48,235 bases of DNA from Fonticula alba ATCC 38817 (taxonomy: Eukaryota > Protista > Nucleariida). The position numbers were made by a program, and so were the translations under genes. Below the pieces are notes generated by a model. That model ran no database searches and was not told where the DNA came from. It was given only the letters and a program-made list of their open reading frames with translations. Shown here piece by piece: positions 35,756 through 47,731 of the stretch (positions are counted from its first letter, which is position 1; each line of letters opens with the position of its first letter). The stretch lies in NCBI GenBank assembly GCA_000388065.2, contig KB932203.1, one strand, 5' to 3'.

Positions 35756-36899
35756 ATGCTTGCGACAGTGCTTGGCTGGCGATCGCCAGGCATTGCCCCC
35801 ACCCTGGTCCGGTCGCTGGTTTGCCGACGCCCTGTTCACTCCTCGGCCGCCTGCACATCGGCCCATCCGCAGCCTGTGGCACCCGGGCCGGAGCTGGACC
35901 CGGGCGCAGTGCCGCCTGGGCCAGCGCTCTCGATTGGGCGTGATCTTTCGCTGGACTTTCGGTCTTTCATCCGCAGCATTGCATCTCCGGGTGCGCTCTC
36001 CCTGTTTTCTTCCTGGCCACACTCTGCCTCCTCGCCCGCACCTCCATCCCTCCCACCACTTATGCCATCTTCCCCCCCCCCTCCTCTCTCTCTCTCTCCC
36101 TCCCCCTGGCATTCCAGTGACCGTTGTATCGGCAGCTGATGCTTTGGGAAATGTTCACGGCGCCACGGTGTCCTCCTTTATGTCCATATCGCTGGAGCCG
36201 CCGATCATCTCCTTCTCCTTGAGTGATCGACCTGCCGAGCGCCCGCCCAGTGACTTCCCGCTGGAGATGGTTGATGCCGACCGGGTTCGGGCGGCCGGCG
36301 GCCGGCTGTCGAACATCCTCGCTTCGCTCCGACTAGCGGCCGGCCCTCCACACCAAGAAGGGCCGCCCGCTGGGGATCAGTCGCCCTTCTTTGCCATCAA
36401 CCTCCTGGCGGCGGATCAGGATTCTGCCACGATTGCCGAGCAGCTGGCCCGGCCGGCACGCGCCGGCGAGCATCTCGACCATGAGTGGCTGCAGGGCGTC
36501 GCCTGTCCTGGGAGTGCGCTGCGGCTTCCAGGTTACTCTTTCGCCCCGGAGGCTGAGCTTGTCCCGCTGCCTCCGTTGTTAAGGAGGTCTGCGGCCAGCC
36601 TCATCTGCGAGCGCCTGTGCTTCGGCCAAGGGGGCACACCTGAGCCTATGGCAGATGACAATTCTCGGGAGGAGATTCTGCGCGTTGGTGACCACACTGT
36701 TTGGTTCGGTCGTGTTGTGGGAGTTGTGCGCAACTCTCCCGGCCACCCTGGCGGGGGGGAGTCCCCCGACGCCCCGGCTGGCGCTGACCAGCTGGTGGCC
36801 CTTCCTTCCGATGCCGGCAGCCAGGCCGGTCAACCCTTCGACAACCACCTCCCCCTTGTATACTACTCCCGCGTGTTCCAGACGACCACGCCTCTCTAG
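35756..36899 (+). CDS. Flavin-reductase-like (HpaC/RutF-type split-barrel) domain protein with probable mitochondrial presequence, 2 exons
   Basis: Spliced FRSFIRSIASP|VTVVSAAD...HGATVSSFMSISLEPPIISFSL, FAINLLAADQ, LICER and VGDHTVWFGRV...PLVYYSRVF follow the flavin-reductase pattern. The N-terminus is R/S/A-rich and lacks acidic residues. Confidence 0.85.
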
Positions 36900-37710
36900 A
36901 TGTCGTCTCGCTTTTTGTTGTGCTTCCTCCCCTCTCTTGAATGTGCCTGCATATTGCATGGTAGAACCCCCACACCGGCCGGTGCGTACGCATGTTAGAA
37001 GACCACCGGCGTCCTCATCCTCTAGACCAATACATCGGCCTGCTGTTCTGCGGAGCACATGAAGCACATCCCCCCACCCATTGATCTGGCCTCCGCATTG
37101 CACGGCGGCCGGGGCAAGGGGAGCGGGGGTGTAACTTGTTTTCTCCTGGACAAAGCGGAATCCCCGGGGATTGGGTTCACCCTTTCCTGCTTTTCCCGGC
37201 CCAAAAGCCAGCCGATGTTCGCTGTTGTCGTGAGCTGTCCTGGACAATGGTCCCACCGAGGGGGGGGAGGGGGGGTGTATCGACGGCCTGTCTTCGCCCA
37301 TTGGCCAAAGCTCAAACAGCGATCTTTGTTAGCCCCCTGCCAGGCCAGTCCCGAGCATGATCTTGCTCCGCTCCTCTTCCCGGGAGAGGGGCCGAGGAGG
37401 AAAGGGCGTGAGGCCATGCGCCGCTCCCGGATGTGAGTAAGTGTCGTGGTGGCTGCTGAGGGCCTAGCAGGTGATACATTCGAGCGGCAGTTCGGAGCAC
37501 AGTCAAAGCGAGGCCCATGGTCGCGCATTCCGATCCCCCATTCATGTCTCCGTGTGGGATCTGTGCTGGTGCGTGCCTCAGGAGGGGATTCGTCCCCCGG
37601 AGCTGGCTATCTCAAAAGGCCTTGACACGCGTGCATCGGGTATATCTTTCCTTTCAGATGTGTGTGTGTGTGTGTGTGTCGATCAACTGGGCGCTGGAGT
37701 TTCATGGGAG

Positions 37711-37750
37711 CAACAGGAGCATCAACAGGAGCACGAACAGGAGCATCAAG
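37711..37750. repeat. 12-bp degenerate tandem repeat (CAACAGGAGCAT) x3.3
   Basis: Read directly in the intergenic region between the flavin reductase and UBC8 3' ends. Confidence 0.85.
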
Positions 37751-38316
37751 TGCCTCGCATCATTTTGGGATATCCCTGCTTTCTGTTTCCCCATTTCCCC
37801 CCACCTCCTGTCCCCTCGCATGCGAAGACCGCCTGAACCTCCCTTCATCAGGGCGTTGGGCGTTTCGCTTTTTGGAAGCAACATCGAGAACATTATCTCC
37901 TCCCCCTCCCTCCCAGACTCACCCATTCTATGTGTCCGTCATCTCTCGAAGGAGGTTCATGGGTGCGGGAAACAGTGGGGGGATGGCCACGCGCACAGGC
38001 TCTCCTTCCTCACCCCCCCCCCCATGAGTCACTGTGTCGACTCGGACGCAGTTGTCTTGTCCTGCTTGCATGTGCATTTTGGCCTGCATATCAACCAGCT
38101 TGAGTTTTCACCCTTTCCCCCACATGTGTCGCATGGCGTCTGTTGTGTCTGTGTTTATGTGTATGGGATGTTGTTCTCCTGTCTCCGACGACTGCGAGCA
38201 CACATCATGCACATGCACGAAGGAGATATATGATGACGGAGGAGGAAGCTGACAGGGAGAGAGAGAGGTGGGGGGGGGGGGGGAGAGAGAGATTGAATTA
38301 CAGTTGTTGGTCGAGA

Positions 38317-38758
38317 TTATTCCGCAAGGTCAAGGTCGATGCCATCCATCGAGTCCAAATCATCCAGGTCCAGATCCAGGGCGTCAGATCCGGTGTCGCT
38401 CAGAGCATCGAGCGGCTCCAGGTCGTATTCCTCATCACACTCATCTACCAAAGGGGCCGGGGGGGTGGCTGGACCGCCATCACAGACAGAGGCCCCTGGC
38501 ACAACGGGGGCCTTGGGGGGCATTGACAGGGGAGTGCTCTTGGAGACTGTCCGGCTGCCGTCGCGGTCGGTCAAAGAGGCCACAATCTCCGGGGTAGCAT
38601 GGCGCTGGACGTGTTCTGTGTTTGTGTGCACATGTGCGTGTGGGAGAGAAAAAGACAGTGAGTGGGGTGGAAGCAAAGGTTGGTGAAGGAAGGAAGGAAG
38701 CAGGTGGGTGAGCCGCAGGAGGCGGTGTGGCAGCACAGGGAGCGCAGGCAAGGAAAGC

Positions 38759-38793
<35 letters not shown>

Positions 38794-39923
38794 CGGGGAG
38801 GTACACATACCCTTCACCCTCTTTTCGAAGCCCTCCGGATCGTTCATCAGCAGCGAGGCAGCCTCGCCGTTGAGGGGATCCGAGGGGTTCGGGTATGTGA
38901 GAAGCTGGGGCAGAAAAACATCGAAGATATTGACCATGTCTAGGGGTGATGTTCGAAAGCATCCATGACAAAGAGGAAGGACCGACGGGGAAAGTGGATT
39001 GAAATGCGGGCACACGCGCGTCAGCACAACATCAGGACAAACGGATGCCAGTGGAAGGGGTGAGCCGGCGGCGTGATATCGGCACACGGGCCGCGAAAGG
39101 GAGCAACATCAGCGAGAGGCGTGTGGAATAGTAAAAACGCACCAAACATCGGCGACCATGCCTGGTTGATGACGTCCAGGCAGACAGATCCCGACCTGGG
39201 CGAGTGTAAAAACATGGTGTTAGAGTGGATCCGGGCTTGGACACGAGAGGCGGCGGAAAAGGGATGCCTGCGCAAGCAATCGGTCGCCAGGAGGGGGATC
39301 AGGGACCCTTGGGCGGAGGAGGGGACCGTTCTTCGTGAGCGACGGGCCCCTCCCCCCTTCGCCCCTTTGCTCCCCCCCCCTCCCCGCCCTCTTCCCAGCT
39401 TCGTTAGCATTGACAAAGCTGAAGATCGTACCGCTCGTCAATGTTCGGATGGAAGATGCGATTCCGGAAGCCGATCGACGGGGACTTGTAGGGATAGGTG
39501 TCCGGCAAGTGAACATGCACCATCCACACGCCTCCGGCAAAGGGAGCTATTCGATGGGGGGCACAGGTGAAGAACAGGAAAAAGGCAGGGCGGTTATAGA
39601 TTGATCGCTACTGGACAGAGGGGGGAGGGGATCGTCTGGCCAGTAAGAGTGTTGCTGACGCACTGTCCTTGGGTCCATGGAATTTGACGGTCATGTCTCG
39701 GAGGTTGTCATTGGCAAGAGTGACCTCATAGTCGGTCATCATGCTGAGCGGGTTTTTTTTCCCCCCAAGCACATGCATACGTAGAGGATAGGCGGTCAGG
39801 TGAGTCGCGTGTCACCACGGAGCGAGGGAACTCGGGACTTGTGGCGGAGGGAATAAAGCGCGAGTGCAAGAAAGCGTACAGCTTTAGGACATCCTGCTTA
39901 ATCCTCTTCATTGAGGATGCCAT
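38317..39923 (-). CDS. UBE2H: Ubiquitin-conjugating enzyme E2 UBC8/UBE2H, 6 coding exons
   Basis: [15 protein letters not shown]|MMTDYEV...KFHGPKD|TPFAGGVW...[22 protein letters not shown]|[17 protein letters not shown]|[28 protein letters not shown]; catalytic Cys present; acidic tail. A probable 5'UTR intron lies at 39936-40039. Confidence 0.97.
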
Positions 39924-42900
39924 AGTTGGGATGTACTGGGCCATGGGGGAGCTTGTCAGCAAGGAGCACGGGCGGCAAGCAGGCTGGATGCTGATGGTGG
40001 CCGGACACCGGCAGACACATGTCCTTGAAAATAATGTACCTCGGCAAGTGTGAGCCTGGATCAGGCCGGCTTACGATGGAGAGCGGAGCGGGGAAAACGG
40101 GGGGGTGTATGGAAAGGGAGAGAGGTGGCGTGGCGCTTTCGAGGGAGCACGCAAATCTGAGCAAGCGTGAAGGAAACGATGAGTGTTAGACTGGAGAGCG
40201 GTCATGTCAAGAGGCGACGCCGCGGGCGCGCGCGAAAAAAGCCGCCCCCTCCCCCTCGAACAGCAACAAACGGAGGAGCCAAAACTTCTCCGTGGACAGC
40301 TCTCGGAAGGAGGTGGCCGAAAGGGGGTCTCTGGCGAAGCGAGTCATTCGGGCCTCGAAAGGGCGGGCGTATGGCTTTCCAGCCTGACTTTCGATGGCCA
40401 GATGCACAACACCCTCCTTCTTGCCTCGGGGGAGGGCGTCAGCAACAAACTGTTGGCCGGGCATATGCTCACTTGCGGCGGCATGCCGCCCACAGGGTCC
40501 CCAGACTCAAGATGCCGAGAGGCCACATTGCTGTCTGTGTGAGGGGGAGAGGGAGAAGGGGCGATGATGGAAAGGCTGTCGGTAAGGGGAGGGGAGAAGG
40601 AGAGGTACATGATATGGAAATAGGAGGGGCAGAGGGGGAGTATTCGAAGGGAGGGAGAGGAATAGCCGACGAATGATGGATGTCGGCCAGGGGACCGGCG
40701 CGGGGGGGGGCCCGGGGGGGGAGGGGGGGGGGGGGGGGGGAGCGGATGGGCGAGGGCCGACCGGGACGGCCCCCTACCCCCGGCATTGGCTGCCTGCCTG
40801 CCTACCGCCGTCGACCCCGAGGCACCAGGTGGCCCACAATCACCCAGATCCGATGGACGTGGGTGATCGACCACGAGAAGAGGTGGGGCGCGAAGCGAGT
40901 AAGCTTAACCCAGAGACCCGGCTTGAGGCCCCGCAAACATACAACCGTGTCAGCGGGTCCACACGCAGGACAGTCTCCCCGGCTCGGTCCTGGCGTGCCC
41001 CCCGCGCTCTCCCCCCCCCCTCCTCCCCCCCCGGGGGACACGCTAGTGGAACAATCAAACTAGATCCAGAACAGGATGATCCCCGTCACAGGGGCCTCGG
41101 TGATCGGGTCGGGCGTCCATCCTGGCCCGACTGCCGGGGCGACCGGAGCCAGGGATGACCCGGCGTACCCATGGAGGTCAAAGAAAATAAAAATACAAAT
41201 AAGCGGAGAAATTGCTGGGCATGCCCCCCTCCCCCGCCCCCGGGGGCGGGGCCGGGGCCGGGGGCGGTCAGGGCGGGGCCTGGCCTCCCGCTTTTGCCGC
41301 GATGTGCCTCGGCTGTCCCCTGTGTCTCTGTGCCTCTCGGGCCTGCGGAATCCGAGACCACGGGGGCCCGAAGACCTTGGTTGCCTGGTGCTCTTCATGA
41401 CATGTGGTAGCCGCCCCCTTTGCTCTCCTCCCCGGCCCGCCTCCATACACCAAGGCAAGTGGTCCGCCCAACGCGCGACGCTTTTTGGGCAGACCCAATG
41501 CCAGCATGTTCAGGCGCTGGGGGAGGGGGGCGTGCATCAAGCACCCAAATGTTGCATTGTCACGCGCAGATGGCCTTGCGAATGGCTGTGTACAGTCGAG
41601 TGTGGGAGCCTCCTCGAGCTCGTTTCTCCCTCACGGCGGGCGGGGGGGGGGGGGGGGGGGGTCCGCGGGGGGGGGGGGGGGGGGGGGGGGGGGATTAATT
41701 TCGCCGAACCCCGCGCCCCCTCTCGCCACTAGGGGGAAGCAGGCAAGCCCCTTTCCGCATGACGAGCCTCAACCATGGGCGGTGACTCTGTCAGGCGGCC
41801 ATTTGACCTTTCTGCGTGCGGAGCACGTCTCCACCGGCTTCAGGCCAATGTACCCATGACGATGGGCCACCGAGGCCCTGGGGCTGTGGAAAATCACTGA
41901 CCCAATCCTCGGGGTAATGCCACCCCACCCCGAAGCTTCGCCGGCCCCACTCTGAGGCAGTCTCGCCCGTCCCCGCCCCGCCCCGCCCCCGCCCCCGCCC
42001 CCGCCCCCCCCCAAGGGGTTGGTGCGCCCGACCCGCCGGGGAACGCGGGGGACCCGGTGCATGATCCCCACCAACGTCGCTGCGTTATTTGGGGGAATTC
42101 TGTGTCGATTTAAATTTACCCCCCCTCGTCGGGATGACTTCAGGCGTTGATGTTCTGGGGTGCGGGGCGCGTCCATGCCATGGTGTTGCCTGCTTCGCTG
42201 TGATGAGGCCTCGCACGACCGACGCCCCGGCATTTTGGCATGCTCGACTGTAGGGGCGACCCCATCCTATGTCCCCGTCTGTCCTCCCTCCCCCCCCCCC
42301 CCTTTTCCGCCCAGCTCAGGTGGTAGTTCCCGGGGGTAGGCATTTCCCCACAATCCCCCGGCATCATTCCCCGTGGAGCACCATGCACAGGGGCGGAAGC
42401 TTCCAGCGCCCCAGAGGTGTCCCACTGACCGCGCCCTCCTCCTCGGCCAGCCGGGGGCGGGGGGAAAGATCAGCATGGTGAGGTTCGCCTCCAACGCCCA
42501 CAGGTGGGCGAGCCTCCAACCCGACGATCCGCCGGCATCACTTGAGGAAGGCCTACATGGCGGGGGGAAAAAAGGGGAGCCCTTCGAATGTCTCTTGGGT
42601 CACCCCCGCCGGCGGGGGTGCCTTGTTCGGGGAAAGACCCCTACCCCCGGGGGGAGGGGGGGGGGGAAAGAGCAACGTCGGGCGAAGAGGGGCACTGGAG
42701 GAGGGCGGCGAAATGGGGGCCAAGACAGCACGAGCAATTACAGGCCCTCTGCCGCGTCAGCCGTGTCCACCTCTAATCGAGAGCCACTTTCTTAGGCTCG
42801 AGGCTTTCGCGGGACTCGCGCCTCCCGAACTCGCTGGGAGTTGGAAGACGGACGACACCACCGCGGTTTGGGGGTATTCGGCGTTCCGAGCCGATCCGCT

Positions 42901-44368
42901 ACCCACCTAGCCGCCCCCTTGCCCGTACCTCTGCCCACCTCGAGAAGCCATCGCGTCAAGTGCCCAGACGTAGGGCAATATCGTCGACTCTCCGGGCTGA
43001 TGTCATTGGGGGGATGTGCTCCATGTGGCCGGGACGACCATGAGACGCAGGGGCCTTGGACCTCTCCGGACACAGGCCCTTCTACCGAGGACAATCTTGA
43101 TGCAAAGAGTCCAAGCGTCGAGTGCTCGTGGGTTTCGTGCTCCTGTGCCGGGAGCTGTGCATGTCGATGTGCCGACGATGCGGGCCCTTCTCTTATTGCC
43201 AAGGGCAGATCACCCGTGCCGGCCAGCATGTGTCCCCAAGTATGATCGGAGCCCCCGAGACACATACTCCAGCGCATGGGGGGGAGGGGGGGGGGGGCTT
43301 CGGGCCGGGCGAGTCGTGTCCTTCCCTCTTGCTGACGGCCTCCCACCAGGGTTTCTCATGCGTGCGCGCCGAAAGAGGTCTCGGGGGGGGGGGGGGCATC
43401 AGCCCCTAGCCAAGGCCGGGACAACCTCCTGTATTGGGGCCTAGGTAACCCGCGGGCGGCGGCCTGTCTGCCCCCGGCACACCTCAACCTTCCTCGGTGC
43501 CCCCGGGCGAGCGGCCAGCAGCATCCCCGGCGCATGAGGGAAAGTTACGTCCCAGGCCTTGGCGAGGTCCTCGGGGTCGAGAGAAGGGCGCGTGGCCAAG
43601 GGCGGACCGGTTGACGCCAACTAGAGGGGAGATGCCCTTCAGGATTGAGGCCCGGGGAGGGGGGGGGGCGGGGGGCGGCATGGTCAGAAGCACACTCGAG
43701 CAATCGGCCCTCTACCGTGCCTGCAACCGGCAGGATACTCGTCAAAGGTATTTGCCACGGCCGCAACTCATGCCGGGCCTTTGCTTCTGTGAGCGTTCTT
43801 GTATCTGCCTCGCGTGTCCCGGTATTATTGGCCGAAGTAACGGCTGGCCGGATGCCGGCTTCTGCTTCGGGTAATCTTGCATCCGTTGTGATTCGGGCAA
43901 TGGGAGAGACACGGTCCGCCAGACGCCAAGAAGCGAGCCAGACGGAAGATCCGGCCAAGCATGCGCCAGCCTCTGGCCTGAATGGTACGCACATGTCTGC
44001 TCCAGGACCGGGCATTGGCCCGGCCCGATTGCGCTGGGTCTTTGGAGGGGGGGGGGACCAGGAGGAGGGAGGGGGGCACATCACCCTGGCCCCCTCTCCC
44101 CCGCCGCCGGGAAGCACTGTCCCCCTGTGTAGGGCGTGCTGATGTATGTGGGTGTACATGCGTCATCCGAAATGCGATTTCGGCCGCCGGACCCTTGCCG
44201 CCTGAGCTGCTGGGCGAGGGGCAAGGCCGGAAGACCCGGCCACCGGTGTGCCTGTGTGTCTTATCAGGGGCGCCTCCCAACAAACGGCCAGGCTGTATGC
44301 GGGGCGCCGCAATGGAGGCATATTTGCAAGGGGTGCCAAACCGGAGTGAGGCTGCGGCCGGCCCGGGC

Positions 44369-44463
44369 GCGTGGGGTCTCGGTCTGGAGAATGTCAGTTG
44401 CCGCCCAGGGGCCAGCCGTGGCATCCGTCTGGCATACGAAAAGGGACAAGCGAAGGGACCCCC
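44369..44463 (+). repeat. Repeat A, copy 1 (95 nt, identical to 47637-47731)
   Basis: Base-by-base identity from GCGTGGGGTCTCGG to AAGGGACCCCC; flanks diverge after the C5 run. Confidence 0.95.
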
Positions 44464-44713
44464 GCCAGATCGCGGCAGGAACGGCCCGGGGGGGGGGGGG
44501 GGGNNNNNNNNNNNNNNNNNNNNNNNNNNNNNNNNNNNNNNNNNNNNNNNNNNNNNNNNNNNNNNNNNNNNNNNNNNNNNNNNNNNNNNNNNNNNNNNNN
44601 NNNNNNNNNNNNNNNNNNNNNNNNNNNNNNNNNNNNNNNNNNNNNNNNNNNNNNNNNNNNNNNNNNNNNNNNNNNNNNNNNNNNNNNNNNNNNNNNNNNN
44701 NNNNNNNNNNNNN

Positions 44714-44808
44714 GGGGGAGAAGAGAGCAGGCATGGGGGCATCTGTGGCGTTGGCCCCTCGTGCTGAGCCCTCGCTGAAGTGGCCACTGACTGTGCCGGC
44801 GCAACCTA
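44714..44808 (+). repeat. Repeat B, copy 1 (at least 95 nt, identical to 48141-48235)
   Basis: Base-by-base identity from GGGGGAGAAGAGAGCAGG to GCAACCTA. The match is cut off by the gap on the left and by the window end on the right. Confidence 0.95.
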
Positions 44809-47636
44809 TGCATGGCGCATGAATGTAGACGCCGAAAAGCCCCGGTTGCCCGACGGGTGGGCAATGGGGAGCCCAATGCTAGCGCAGGGGAGATGCATAG
44901 GAAGAAAGAGAGAGAGAAGCTCAGGGTCCCGGTCGTGGGCGAACATGGTGTGCACATGTATTTGTGTGATCCTTTGGACGCCAGTCCGAGGGCCCTTCGT
45001 TTCGGCGCCTGCCCCCGTCCATTGGGCCGAGCTGCCTGCGATGGACCTGTGGGGTGTGAAGCCCGGAAGTGACGGCCGCCTGCCCCACAATCTCCCCTGC
45101 ATCCCTGCCCTCCGGGGTTTGCCACCCGCGCCTGCGTCGGTGTCTCGGCCCGGCCCCCGCACATTGTCCTGCCGGCAGGGTGCTCTCGCCTGTTCTCCCG
45201 GGGGGAGACGGGCGGTCTTTGGCAGTCCCGGGGCGTTGGGCTTCTGTCACTCGCTGGGCAAAGAGAGGTTGGGAGGAAATTATACGTCCAAATATGGGAA
45301 TAGCATTTGTCGCGGGCCGGCCGAGCATACGTGGAAATGGGTCTCCTTGTCCAATAATAATCTCCCAAAATACATCTCCGCCTTCTGGCGGCCTGCCTTG
45401 TCCAGCCCCCCCCCCCCCCGCTGCTGCTGGGACCCTTTTGCGCCCGGCCTCCCTGGAAGCCTGGTTCTGCGGGGAAGAATTCCTGGGCGCCTTTCCATTT
45501 GCCATGTGATTGAGCCATTTCCATCCGGGGCTCCATACGCCAAGCATCAGGGGTGTGAGAAATCCAGACTCCGAGCGTGCGAATCGCGCGCGCCGCGCCC
45601 CTATTGTTCTTCCCCCCCGCTGAGGAACGGGCGATGGGGGGGGGGGGGGGGGCCGCGGCTCAAGCCTCCCCTCGGACCGCGCAGGGTGAAGCCGAAGAAT
45701 GCCCTTTGGCATGCTGGTCCGGGGCGGAGTTCTGGGCGTGCAACTGGACAGCTCCACCTCGTCTGGCCGTGGTTGAGTCCTGGAATTCTGCCCCCCCCCC
45801 CCCGGCCCTTTGCTGGGGCGGGGGGCAGCATCGCCCAGTCAAGCCTCGGGGGGCGGCGAGTCCGATCGGTCTTCTGTTCTTCCGGCTTGATTTTGGCACC
45901 CACCCAACACCGCGTGTCCCTCGTTTTGGTGTCGGCCTTCTCCGATCGTTTGCGTCCGTCCCTTCTGCCCCGGGGCCGGAACCCAGGCGTCCGCTTCCTC
46001 CAGCTGGTGCGTAAAGTGGGCGGGGCCTGCGGGGCCTGCGGGGCCTGCGGGGCGGGGGGGGGGGGGGGGGACATTGCATTAGCAGGGAGCTCTGGGCGCC
46101 CGGGAGAACAAAGGCACCCATGACCGCCGGCTCTCTGTCTGCCTCTCTCTCTCTCTCTCTCTCGGGGCTCGTCGGTCCCGGGTCTTGGTCCCAGGAAGTA
46201 TCCCCACGGGGAATCATTGTTCCGGGCCGTCCGTCCCTTGGCCGGGGGCGGGGTCTCCGGACAGACGCGGGGATCCAAGCCGAAGGTAGGTCACATGCGC
46301 GCCCCCCTTCGGGAGACGGGGGGGGGGAGGGGGGGGGGGACAGGCGCCGAGGCAGGTGAGGGACGGGTGTCCCCAGCCGACCGTGTGCGTGCGCCGCCCC
46401 TCCGCGTAGGCTGGCATCGGGCCGGGGGATCTGTGGCCGGGCGCCCGGGAGAAGGGCCGGGAAAAGGTGGCGGAGCATCACCCGGGCCGGGGTGGAATGG
46501 GAGCTGGCTGAGGGTGGCTCCCCTCCCCCTCTCTTGCAGGCCTTCTCACGCCCCCCCCCCTCGCCTGGGGGGTCGGTGCTCGCAAGGGGCCCCCTCGACA
46601 GAAAGCTACGTCTGGCCGGGTGTTGTCCTGTTGCCCGCCCCCCAGCCCCGCGCCCGAGCCCCGGCCGCGGGTGACGTACCCTCAGGCGTTGCTTTGCGGC
46701 GGATGCTCACTAAGCGGATGTTAATGCCGCCCCCCCCCCCCCTGCCCTCTGCTGGCCAGGCCTCTGCCAAAGTACCGGCCTCGGTGGGGCCTTGGGAACC
46801 CCAAAGGGGGGAGGGACTGGTCACCGCGCCTTCTCGCGCGTGCTGGCCCTCGTAGTCGCCAGTTTGTTTGCCTGGCCAACTGTGGGAGAGGCCCTTTCCG
46901 ATGTGCCCCCGTGTGTGTGTGTGTGTGTGCACGGCCCGAGGAATTAATTCCTGGACGCACACCGAAGGCCCGGCGGAGCAGCGGTAATGGTTAGCCCAGG
47001 TGCGCGCGCCCTTTGCAGCCGCCCCCCCCCCCCCCCTCCCCTGCGCCCGCTGCGGTCTCGCTGCCGTTGTTTCGTCCTTCCGACGAACAGCGGTGTGGGG
47101 AACGCACATGTTGACCATGCTGTGCCACCGATGCCAGGGGTGGGGAAGAGCTGGCAGTTCGCTCGGCAGGCGCGGCGACCGCGTCTGCCTCCATTCACTA
47201 CGTGTCTCCCTCCCCGNNNNNNNNNNNNNNNNNNNNNNNNNNNNNNNNNNNNNNNNNNNNNNNNNNNNNNNNNNNNNNNNNNNNNNNNNNNNNNNNNNNN
47301 NNNNNNNNNNNNNNNNNNNNNNNNNNNNNNNNNNNNNNNNNNNNNNNNNNNNNNNNNNNNNNNNNNNNNNNNNNNNNNNNNNNNNNNNNNNNNNNNNNNN
47401 NNNNNNNNNNNNNNNNNNNNNNNNNNNNNNNNNNNNNNNNNNNNNNNNNNNNNNNNNNNNNNNNNNNNNNNNNNNNNNNNNNNNNNNNNNNNNNNNNNNN
47501 NNNNNNNNNNNNNNNNNNNNNNNNNNNNNNNNNNNNNNNNNNNNNNNNNNNNNNNNNNNNNNNNNNNNNNNNNNNNNNNNNNNNNNNNNNNNNNNNNNNN
47601 NNNNNNNNNNNNNNNNNNNNNNNNNNNNNNNNNNNN

Positions 47637-47731
47637 GCGTGGGGTCTCGGTCTGGAGAATGTCAGTTGCCGCCCAGGGGCCAGCCGTGGCATCCGTCTGG
47701 CATACGAAAAGGGACAAGCGAAGGGACCCCC
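47637..47731 (+). repeat. Repeat A, copy 2
   Basis: Identical to 44369-44463; begins immediately after the gap. Confidence 0.95.

Noticed and set aside
44780-46123. 447-aa ORF as an intact gene
   Set aside because: GTG start, no recognisable domain, and it reads through G/C homopolymers. Kept only as part of the remnant and duplication hypotheses.
4069-46950. Palindrome GAATTAATTC at ~4069 and 46941, and short hairpins at ~4922 and ~5055
   Set aside because: Too short and isolated to define TIRs or structured RNA.
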